A DNA stretch of 26,281 nucleotides from Isosphaeraceae bacterium (GTDB taxonomy: Bacteria; Planctomycetota; Planctomycetia; Isosphaerales; Isosphaeraceae), in the NCBI GenBank assembly GCA_965201075.1, contig CBDAVP010000007.1, forward strand, positions 248,001-274,281, written 5' to 3'. Position numbers and translations under genes: made by a program. The notes under the pieces are model-generated. The model had not been told where the DNA came from and searched no databases. It saw only the letters and a list, made by a program, of their open reading frames with translations. Shown piece after piece: positions 1-7,736 of this stretch (its first letter is position 1; the number at the start of each line of letters is the position of its first letter).

Positions 1-1275
1 CGCAAGGCCGCCATCGCCGCGTCCGCCTCCCTGGGAGACCGCGACGCCGTCCCGCCGCTGATTGCCGCCGCCGATGCCGAGCCCACCCGCTTCGAAGCCC
101 TGACGGCCCTGGCCACCCTGCCCGACCTCCGAGCCCTGCCCGCCTACCTCCGAGCCCTGGCCGACAAAAGCCCCGAACTTCGCAAGGCCGCCGCCTCCGC
201 GATGACCAAACTCCGAGACGACGCCGCCCCTGAACTCGACCGCCTCGCCGCCCGGGGCGAACTCCCCCCAGGCGCAATCCCCGAGCTGCGCCGCGTCTAC
301 CTTGAACCCGGCTCTCTCATCCACTGGAAGCTCGCCGGCCCCGTCCCCTTCGCCGCGATGCCGGACATCCAGGACGGTGGCGCGATCGACTTCGCCCGAC
401 CACTCCCCGGCCTCGACGGCAAACTGACCTCCTGGAAGGAAGTCAACGCCGGAGAGCACGGCTTCGTCAACCTCAACGAGCACTTCTCGGGCAACGACCG
501 CGCCGCTTTCGCCGCCGTTGAGATCCCCACCAACGCCCCCCGCACCGCCTCGTTCGCCGTCGGCTCGGATGACACCCTCAAGGTCTGGCTCAATGGCAAG
601 CTCGTCCACCACTTCGACGGCAACCGTTCATTCGAGCCAGCCTCGGACCACTTCGAGGCCCCGCTCGTCGCCGGCCCGAACCACCTGGTTCTGGCGTGCG
701 GCAACGGCTCGGCGTCCTGGGGCTTCTCGGTGGCGGTTTCTTCGGCGAATGACACGTTCGCGTTCCTGAAAGGCCCCTCCCCCGGCGCCTTTGACCCGGC
801 CGCCTTCCGAGCCTTCGCCCTGGAAGCCAAGGGTGATCCCACTCACGGCCAGGCTCTGTTCGCCGATACCAAGGGCCTCGCCTGCGTGAAATGCCACGCC
901 GTCGGTGGCCAGGGAGGAGCCGTCGGCCCCGACCTCTCGGCCATCGGTGGAACCTACCCCCGAGCCGAACTCATCACCTCGGTCCTCGAACCCTCCGCCC
1001 GCATCTTCTCCGGCTACGAACCGTTGATCGTCGCCACCAATGACGGCCGCGTCCTGACCGGAATCGTCAAGTCCGACACCCCCGACGGCCTGGAGATCGA
1101 GGACGCCGACGCCCACCGCATCCGCCTGAACCGCGACGAGATCGACGACCGCAAGACCAGCACGGTGTCCCTGATGCCCGTCGGCCTGGTCGAAGGACTG
1201 ACCAACCAGGACTTCGCCGATCTGATCGCCTACCTCGAATCGCTCAAGACCCCCCCACCCGCCAAATCCCCCTGA
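1..1275 (+). CDS. 3' part (5'-truncated) of a PVC-type heme-binding CxxCH protein: HEAT-like repeats, PA14-like beta-sandwich, C-terminal cytochrome c domain
   Basis: Frame 1 is open from base 1 (RKAAIAASASLGDRDAVPPLI...LRALADKSPELRKAAASAM, HEAT-like). It continues with GSDDTLKVWLNG (PA14-like), then GDPTHGQALF...CVKCH...GPDLS..G...LITSVLEPSA...SLMP...DLIAYL, the Pirellula/Verrucomicrobium-type heme-binding domain. Stop TGA at 1273-1275. Confidence 0.85.
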   Translation, partial: RKAAIAASASLGDRDAVPPLIAAADAEPTRFEALTALATLPDLRALPAYLRALADKSPELRKAAASAMTKLRDDAAPELDRLAARGELPPGAIPELRRVYLEPGSLIHWKLAGPVPFAAMPDIQDGGAIDFARPLPGLDGKLTSWKEVNAGEHGFVNLNEHFSGNDRAAFAAVEIPTNAPRTASFAVGSDDTLKVWLNGKLVHHFDGNRSFEPASDHFEAPLVAGPNHLVLACGNGSASWGFSVAVSSANDTFAFLKGPSPGAFDPAAFRAFALEAKGDPTHGQALFADTKGLACVKCHAVGGQGGAVGPDLSAIGGTYPRAELITSVLEPSARIFSGYEPLIVATNDGRVLTGIVKSDTPDGLEIEDADAHRIRLNRDEIDDRKTSTVSLMPVGLVEGLTNQDFADLIAYLESLKTPPPAKSP

Positions 1276-1281
1276 GACTAA

Positions 1282-1352
1282 CTCGGAGATCCAAGGCAAA
1301 ACCCTCGAATCTCCGAGGAAATTCCTCATCCCCCCGATCCCCCGGGGGGATG
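1282..1352. repeat. Two adjacent perfect inverted repeats, possibly a terminator or RNA structure after the cytochrome c gene
   Basis: CTCGGAGAT (1282-1290) pairs with ATCTCCGAG (1309-1317). CATCCCCCCG (1327-1336) pairs with CGGGGGGATG (1343-1352). No U-tract follows. Confidence 0.5.
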
Positions 1353-1465
1353 CCCTCCCCGGCCGGAACTCCCGCCACGCTCAATGACGAGGTGAGGCGA
1401 TGGCGTGGCTTCACCCTCCGTGGAACCGTGTCCGCTCAAGACTCGATTCCCCCGCCTCCCCGGCC

Positions 1466-1494
1466 TTGCGGATCGAGCCGACGGAGTGCACAAT
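1466..1494 (+). promoter_or_regulatory. Candidate sigma70-type promoter for the winged-helix gene
   Basis: TTGCGG-17 nt-CACAAT, ending 66 nt upstream of ATG 1561. Confidence 0.3.
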
Positions 1495-1560
1495 CGGCCA
1501 CATCCGACGGTCCCGACTCCGCGACCGCTAGCCCACCGACCGCCCCTCGACGGATCGCCG

Positions 1561-2361
1561 ATGGCCATTGACGAATCGACGACGCGCCCCCGACGAGAGC
1601 GCAGCGCCCGTTATCCCGGCGTCCCCCTGGCCGAAAGCGTCGAGCTTTGCAAATTTGTCGAGGCTCACGGTCTTGACGGGCTGACCGCCGACGACATTGC
1701 CAAGGCTCTCGGCTACAAGAACATCAAGACCAACACCTTCTCGGCCCGCCTCAGCGCCGCCCGCCAGTTCGGCTTGCTCGCCCTGAAGGACGAGGGCTAC
1801 GGCCTGACTCCCCTGGCCCGCTCGATCCTCCACCCCATCGAGCCGGCCGACCTGCCCCGTCTCCACCGCCAGGCGCTGCTGGAACCCCCTCTGTACGCCG
1901 AACTCTCGACCCGCCTGGCCGAGAAGCGTGTCCCCGAACCCGCCATCCTGGCAAACGTCCTCTACCACAGCCACAACATCATCGCCTCGGCCAAGCAGCA
2001 GGCCGCCGAAGCCTTCCTCGAATCGGCCCGCTTCGCCGGGGCCCTCGGCGACGACCAGGTCTTCCGGCCCCAGGGCCAAGCCCACGCCGAAACCAACCAC
2101 AAGGCCGCCGAACGCACGGCCGTCGAATCGCTCAAACCACTCACCAACAGCGCCGAGGCTCGCCCCCGGACACCGCGATCCCCTGGCGACTCGGTGCGTA
2201 TCGACGTACGACTCTGGGACGACGACCACGGCAAAGTCATCCGCGTCCGGGCTCCCGAAACGATCACCCCCGCCAGCTTCGATCGTTTCCTGGCCGCCTT
2301 CCGCTTACTGGTGAGGGTCGAGGAGCCCCCCCCCGCCCCCAAACTCGCCAACGAGAGTTGA
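1561..2361 (+). CDS. Hypothetical protein with N-terminal winged-helix-like domain (266 aa)
   Basis: ATG 1561 is preferred over 1405 because the upstream extension is low-complexity and Pro/Arg-rich. YPGVPLAESVELCKFV...TADDIAKALGYKNIKTNTFSARLSAARQFGLL...YGLTPLARSIL has the helix-turn-helix plus 'GLL...Y.LT..' wing pattern. Confidence 0.7.
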   Translation: MAIDESTTRPRRERSARYPGVPLAESVELCKFVEAHGLDGLTADDIAKALGYKNIKTNTFSARLSAARQFGLLALKDEGYGLTPLARSILHPIEPADLPRLHRQALLEPPLYAELSTRLAEKRVPEPAILANVLYHSHNIIASAKQQAAEAFLESARFAGALGDDQVFRPQGQAHAETNHKAAERTAVESLKPLTNSAEARPRTPRSPGDSVRIDVRLWDDDHGKVIRVRAPETITPASFDRFLAAFRLLVRVEEPPPAPKLANES

Positions 2362-2492
2362 TCCCCTCCCGGACCCTGGACGCGGCGCCCCCCGTCCCGT
2401 AGCATCGCCCCGACCCGGGAATCGATCCGCCAACGGCACTGTTGCCGACCAGGACGGAACCGCGGGCGAACCGGGTCGGACGAGGCGGCGAC

Positions 2493-3974
2493 GTGATTCC
2501 TAGCAGCAACGACCACGGGAAAGCCGGACCGTCGGGGACGTCCCACCCGCCCACCAGTTGGGCGATGCTGACGTTCTTCGTCCTCTTCGCCATTAACCTG
2601 CTCGACTTCACCGACCGTTGGGCCCTGGCCGGCGTTCTGCCCTATCTCCAGGCCGAGCTGAAGATCAACGACGCCGCCGCCGGGTCGTTGAACACGTATT
2701 TCCTGATCAGCTACGCGGTCCTCAGCCCCCTCATGGGCTGGGCTGGCGACCGTTTCCGACGCACCCACCTGCTGGCCGCCGGTATCGGCCTCTGGAGTCT
2801 GGCGACCGTCGGCACCGGCCTCTCGCAGGACTACAATCACCTCTGCCTGGCCCGCAGCCTCCTGGGCGTCGGCGAGGCCACTTACGCCGTGCTGGCGCCC
2901 TCGCTCCTGATGGACCTCTTCGACCGCAAGTCGCGATCCAAGGTCCTGGCCGGCTTCTACCTGGCGATGCCGCTGGGTTTCGCCGTCGGCGTGATGCTGG
3001 GGGCCTACATCGCCGGTCATAGCAAGCCCTGGGTCGCCGGCACGTTCCTGGCCCCTTATGGAGGCTGGCGGCTGGCCTTCTTCGTGGTCGGCCTGCCTGG
3101 CCTCCTCGCCGCCATCGCCGCTCTGTTCCTGCCCGAGCCCATTCGAGGGCTCAGCGAGGGAGTCGACCCCGAACGCCTCCGCCAGCACGAAAAGGCCGGC
3201 GCTTCTTGGGCGGATTATGTCGACCTCATGGTCAACTCCTCGTACACCTACGTCGTCTTCGGTCTCTGCGCCTACACCTTCGCCTTCGGCGGCCTGGCCT
3301 ACTGGCTCCCCTCATTTCTGGAACGAGTCAAGGGTCTTCCCGCCGACAAGGCGACGATGGTCCTGGCCGGCACGACCCTGGCAGCCTCGCTGGTGGGCAT
3401 GGCCGCTGGCGGCTGGCTGGCCGACTACCTGGCCAAGACCCGTCCCAAAGCCCTGTTCGTGGTTCCCGGGGTCTCGATGCTCCTGGCCGTCCCCTGCGTC
3501 GTGTTGGCCCTGCTCTGGGCCCAATCCACGGCGGGAATCATCGGCTGGCTGTTCCTGGCCGAGGCCCTGATGCTGGCCAACACCGGACCCAGCAACGCGG
3601 TCATCGCCAACGTCGTCTCCCCCAACATGCGCGCCACCGCCTTCGCCGCCTCCAACTTCGCGGTTCACGTCCTGGGAGACGTTTGGTCTCCCTGGCTGAT
3701 GGGCCTGGTCTCCGACTACCTCGGCCAGCCCGACACCGCCGCCACCTCGCTGGGCCGCACCCTCGCCTCCGTTGGAATCGCGCCGGTGGGGGGAAAGAAC
3801 CTCATGGCCGGCATGCTCATCGTCGTCCCGGCGGTCGCCCTGGGCGGCCTGGTCCTCCTGGCCGGCGCCCGCCACCTGCCCCGAGAGATGGCTTTGATGC
3901 TGGCCAAGCTCAAGGCTCCCCCCGCCTCGACCCTCTCCGCCGCGACCACCCCCTCAAAACCGCCGACCCCTTGA
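2493..3974 (+). CDS. MFS transporter, Spinster (Spns)-like
   Basis: About 12 hydrophobic segments, MFS motif A (GWAGDRFRRTHL), and INLLDFTDR and ARSLLGVGEATY resembling Spns INLLNYMDR and GVGEASY. Start placed at GTG 2493 after GAGGCGG; the exact start is uncertain. Confidence 0.85.
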   Translation: MIPSSNDHGKAGPSGTSHPPTSWAMLTFFVLFAINLLDFTDRWALAGVLPYLQAELKINDAAAGSLNTYFLISYAVLSPLMGWAGDRFRRTHLLAAGIGLWSLATVGTGLSQDYNHLCLARSLLGVGEATYAVLAPSLLMDLFDRKSRSKVLAGFYLAMPLGFAVGVMLGAYIAGHSKPWVAGTFLAPYGGWRLAFFVVGLPGLLAAIAALFLPEPIRGLSEGVDPERLRQHEKAGASWADYVDLMVNSSYTYVVFGLCAYTFAFGGLAYWLPSFLERVKGLPADKATMVLAGTTLAASLVGMAAGGWLADYLAKTRPKALFVVPGVSMLLAVPCVVLALLWAQSTAGIIGWLFLAEALMLANTGPSNAVIANVVSPNMRATAFAASNFAVHVLGDVWSPWLMGLVSDYLGQPDTAATSLGRTLASVGIAPVGGKNLMAGMLIVVPAVALGGLVLLAGARHLPREMALMLAKLKAPPASTLSAATTPSKPPTP

Positions 3975-4070
3975 TCGGCGCGTCGGCATCCCCTAGAAGC
4001 GCTACCAGCAACACCCCCCCGGTGAAACACCCGGGGCGGGACCGGTCCGACCCTCGATGGAGTGCCCACC

Positions 4071-5063
4071 ATGCGGCCAATGATCCTGACCTTGACTCTG
4101 GCCCTGCTCACCACCGCCGGACCCCGCGCGGCCCGTTCCGACGAAACTGGTTCATCCATGGCCGACGCCGCCCGCCGGTTCCTGGCCGCCCTCGACGACG
4201 GCCAAAAGGCCAAGGCCGCCTTCCCCTTCGACAGCCCCGAACGCCTCAACTGGCACTGGATTCCCCGGCCCCGCAACGGCGTGCCCCTCAAGGCCCTCAA
4301 TGCCGAGCAGCGAGCCCTGGCCTTTGGCCTCATCGCCACCGGCCTCTCGACCAAGGGGATGACCCACGCCACCACCATCATGAGCCTCGAAGCGATCCTC
4401 CGAGATGCCGAGAAGGGCGCCGGCCCCGTCCGCGACCCCGAACTCTACTTCTTCAGCGTCTTCGGCACCCCCGAGGACGCCGGCTCCTGGGCTTGGCGGG
4501 TTGAGGGGCATCACCTCGCCCTGAACTTCACCCTCAAGGACGGCCACGTCGCCTCGGCCACTCCGTTCATGTTTGGCTCGAACCCGGCCACGGTGAAGTC
4601 CGGCCCTCGCCAGGGATTGCGCAACCTCAACGAGATCGAGGGACCGGCCAACGCCCTGCTCGCCTCGCTCACGCCCGAGCAAAAGCAGGTCGCCCTGGTC
4701 GCGACCGCCGCCCCCGAAGTCACCACGACCCCCAACTCGTCGCTACCCGAACTGTCCTCGCCCAAGGGAATCGCCGCCGAGAAGCTCGACGGGCCCCAAA
4801 AGGACCACCTCCGCAACCTGCTGGTCGCCTACGCGGCGAACTTCCCCGGTCCGCTCCGTGACGAAATGATCGCGGGGGCGGGTCACGAGTTCAACGCCGT
4901 CCACTTCGCCTGGTCCGGCCCGGCCGACCCCACCCAGAACCACTCCTTCGTCGTCCAGGGCCCCTCGTTCCTGATCGACTTCAACGAGACCCAGGACCAG
5001 GTCAACCACATCCACACCTTCGTCCGCTCGGTCAACGACTTCAACCTCGGCCCAGCCCGCTGA
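4071..5063 (+). CDS. DUF3500 domain-containing exported protein
   Basis: GGAG RBS and an N-terminal signal peptide (ILTLTLALLTTAG). Family motifs ERLNWHWIP, RDPELYFFSVFGTP, WAWRVEGHHLALNFT, TPFMFGSNP and NHIHT. Confidence 0.85.
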   Translation: MRPMILTLTLALLTTAGPRAARSDETGSSMADAARRFLAALDDGQKAKAAFPFDSPERLNWHWIPRPRNGVPLKALNAEQRALAFGLIATGLSTKGMTHATTIMSLEAILRDAEKGAGPVRDPELYFFSVFGTPEDAGSWAWRVEGHHLALNFTLKDGHVASATPFMFGSNPATVKSGPRQGLRNLNEIEGPANALLASLTPEQKQVALVATAAPEVTTTPNSSLPELSSPKGIAAEKLDGPQKDHLRNLLVAYAANFPGPLRDEMIAGAGHEFNAVHFAWSGPADPTQNHSFVVQGPSFLIDFNETQDQVNHIHTFVRSVNDFNLGPAR

Positions 5064-5089
5064 CCCCCGCCACGCCTCCCTCGGTCGGC

Positions 5090-6274
5090 TCAATCAGCCC
5101 GGGGGAGGTCCGCCAAGGCCCCATCCAGGTCGGCCCAGAGGTCGTCCACGTCCTCCAGGCCAACCGACAGCCGAATCATCCCCGCCGTGATTCCCCGGCA
5201 AGCCCGTTCCTCCGTCGACAACCCGCGATGGCTGGTGGTCGCCGGATGACTCAGCGTCGTGGAAACGTCGCCCAGGCTCGGGGCGAAGGGGATGTGCCGA
5301 AGCTTCCGGATCAAGGCATCGGCGCGTTCCCGAACCTTCAGGTCGAACGAGACGATCGTCCCGAATCCCCCGCTCAACTCCGCCAACGCCCGGTCATGAT
5401 CGGCGTGCGACGCCAGCCCCGGATAATGCACCGCCGCCACCGACGGATGCCCTTCCAGTCGACCGGCGAGTTCCAGGGCCGAGGCACACGCCCGCCCCGA
5501 TCGCAACGCCAACGTCGCCATTCCTCGCAAAGCCAGCCAGCTCTCGAACGGATTTCCCGTCAGTCCAAACGCCGAGGCCACCGCCGACGCCCGCTTCACC
5601 CGATCCGCCGACCCCAACACCAGGCCCAGCGTCAGGTCGCTGTGCCCCCCTATCAGCTTCGTGGCCGAGTGGACGACGAGGTCCGCCCCCCGCCCGATCG
5701 GCCGGCAAATCAATGGGGCGAACGTGTTGTCCACGACCAGCAACGCCCCAACCCGATGAGCCTCCTCCGCCAACCCGCCCAGGTCCGCCAGCCTCAACAG
5801 GGGGTTGGACAGAGACTCGGCGAAGACCAGCCGCGTCCGCGATTCCAGGGCCGCCCGCAAGGTCTCCGGCCGGGTCGGATCGAACGCGCTGGACCGCACC
5901 CCGAACCTCGACAACTCGCGATCCACTAGAACCGCGGTCTTGCCATAAACCCCTTCCGACAAGGCCACATGGTCGCCGCCATCGACCAGTCCCAAGATCG
6001 CCGCGGCCTCGGCGGCCATCCCCGAGGCGCACACCCAACCCGCCTCGGCCCCCTCCATCGCAGCGGCCTTGGCCGCCAGTTGCGAAGCATTGGGGTGGCC
6101 ATCCCGGGCGTACAGGAACCCCTCGGCCCGCCCCTCATACAGGGCATCGACATGGTCCAGGCTCTCCAGCCGGGCGACCACCGCCAGTTCCAGGGGGGGA
6201 ACCAGGGGAGACGTGGTCGTGGCGGCGACCTCGGCCGGGCGGGCGCAGGCGGTCTCGAGACGCGGTTCCGGCAT
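5090..6274 (-). CDS. PLP-dependent trans-sulfuration enzyme (cystathionine gamma-synthase / methionine gamma-lyase family)
   Basis: YARDGHPN, ASGMAA, ESLSNP, VDNTFA, the PLP-lysine motif HSATKLIGGHSD, PSLGDV..HP and IRLSVGLED. ATG at 6274. Confidence 0.9.
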   Translation of the reverse strand: MPEPRLETACARPAEVAATTTSPLVPPLELAVVARLESLDHVDALYEGRAEGFLYARDGHPNASQLAAKAAAMEGAEAGWVCASGMAAEAAAILGLVDGGDHVALSEGVYGKTAVLVDRELSRFGVRSSAFDPTRPETLRAALESRTRLVFAESLSNPLLRLADLGGLAEEAHRVGALLVVDNTFAPLICRPIGRGADLVVHSATKLIGGHSDLTLGLVLGSADRVKRASAVASAFGLTGNPFESWLALRGMATLALRSGRACASALELAGRLEGHPSVAAVHYPGLASHADHDRALAELSGGFGTIVSFDLKVRERADALIRKLRHIPFAPSLGDVSTTLSHPATTSHRGLSTEERACRGITAGMIRLSVGLEDVDDLWADLDGALADLPRAD

Positions 6275-6303
6275 CAAATCCCCCGCCCATCGCTGGCTCC
6301 CGA

Positions 6304-7470
6304 TCAGTGCCCACTCGTGCCGGCCGGTCGCGCGCCACTGCCCGACTGGGACTTCCGGTGCAGCCGCCCGCCCACGCCCAGCATCGAGATCGCCTCTCCC
6401 AGGCAGCGCAAGGCGCCCCGGGTATCACCGGCCGTGCGGGCCTCCTCCGACTCCCGACGCAAGTTCGCCAAAACCGGGCGGTCCACTGGCCAACCCTTCT
6501 CGATCGCCGTCGCCTCGGCCCTATGCACCTGCTCGGAAAGGGAATCCAGCAGGTGAGGGTCGATCGTGCATTCGGCCGACCGATAAATATTCTCCTCGAC
6601 CACCGCCGCCGGCCGCCTCAGCTTCGAGCCGATCAATCCTCCCAGCCTCGCCCCCCAGCCGATCTTGTGAGCCGCCTCAGCCTCTTCCTCGACCTCGGTC
6701 CCCGGCTCTTTCCAGGCGCCGACGTGGACGACCAACACCGTGATGTTGTCATGCCCGCCACGCAAGTTGGCCAGGTGCAACACGTAGCGAGTCGCGGCCT
6801 CGGGGTGGAAGTGGGCCACGAATGCGCCCAATTCCGGGTCTTCCACCGGCCCTGATAGCCCATCGGAACAAAGCAGATAGGCATCCCCGGGCAAAACCGG
6901 CAGGGGACCCTCGACGTCCACCTCAACCTGAGGGTCGGGGCCCAGACTGCGGGTGATGACGTTGCGAGGCACGACCTTGGCCGCCTGCTCCGGGTCCATG
7001 TGGTTGCGGCGGACCAGTTCCCAGGCCAGGCTGTGGTCAAACGTCAACTGTTCGATCTTGCCCGCGCGGATTCGATAGATTCGCGAGTCCCCGACATGAG
7101 CGATCAACGCCCCGTCGGCCCCCAGTCTCAGGGCCGAGCAGGTTGTCCCCATCCCCGCGAAATCTTTATTCGCCGCGGCCTTGCCGTGGATCTGGGCCCC
7201 CACCTGCTGAAACGCCTTGGTGAGTGCCTCGGCGGGGGGCCCTTCCTTGGACTTGAAATAGTTGTGGGGGATGTTGTCGCAGGCCAGCTTGCTGGCAAGC
7301 TCCCCCACGGCATGTGCCCCCATGCCGTCGGCGACGATGAACAGGTGACCGCGACGCTTCCAGGCCTCGGCGTGAGGGGCCCGGACGATCACGTGGCTGT
7401 CCTGGTTGTTCGAGCGCCGCATCCCGGTGTCGGTGGCGGCGGACTCGACGAGCGGATCATCCCAGTTCAC
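6304..7470 (-). CDS. PP2C/PPM-family Ser/Thr protein phosphatase with C-terminal helical extension
   Basis: GMRRSNNQD, VADGMGAH, GMGTT, HVGDSRIY, LTFDHS, RNVITRSLG, LCSDGL and GGHDNIT. Probable GTG start at 7470 (VNWDDP). Confidence 0.9.
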   Translation of the reverse strand: MNWDDPLVESAATDTGMRRSNNQDSHVIVRAPHAEAWKRRGHLFIVADGMGAHAVGELASKLACDNIPHNYFKSKEGPPAEALTKAFQQVGAQIHGKAAANKDFAGMGTTCSALRLGADGALIAHVGDSRIYRIRAGKIEQLTFDHSLAWELVRRNHMDPEQAAKVVPRNVITRSLGPDPQVEVDVEGPLPVLPGDAYLLCSDGLSGPVEDPELGAFVAHFHPEAATRYVLHLANLRGGHDNITVLVVHVGAWKEPGTEVEEEAEAAHKIGWGARLGGLIGSKLRRPAAVVEENIYRSAECTIDPHLLDSLSEQVHRAEATAIEKGWPVDRPVLANLRRESEEARTAGDTRGALRCLGEAISMLGVGGRLHRKSQSGSGARPAGTSGH

Positions 7471-7681
7471 GTGCCGACCTTGTCCCGTCCTCTCGCGGCG
7501 AGTCGGGGTGGGTCGGACCTCCCGGGAGACCGGGCCGCCCATCGCCGCGAGCAAGCTGGGAGTGTACCGCCGGGGGGGGACCGGCTAAAGGAAAATTTCG
7601 GGCCTCGCGAGAACCAACCAAGAACCGACGCGACGGGCGTGGAAGGGACCGACAAGGTTGGCCCCGCCCCCATACGGCGTT

Positions 7682-7710
7682 ATTGTAGTCATGTGACGCC
7701 CGCCCGCCAT
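7682..7710 (-). promoter_or_regulatory. Candidate sigma70-type promoter for the PP2C / trans-sulfuration operon
   Basis: Minus strand reads ATGGCG-17 nt-TACAAT: a good -10 and a weak -35, in the divergent intergenic region. Confidence 0.3.
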
Positions 7711-7736
7711 CCCCACCCGACCCAGCCGGACCTCGG

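Noticed and set aside
1291..1352. c-di-GMP-I riboswitch suggested by GGCAAA followed by hairpins
   Set aside because: The GNRA-capped P2 stem and the downstream GCAAAG-type element are not present.
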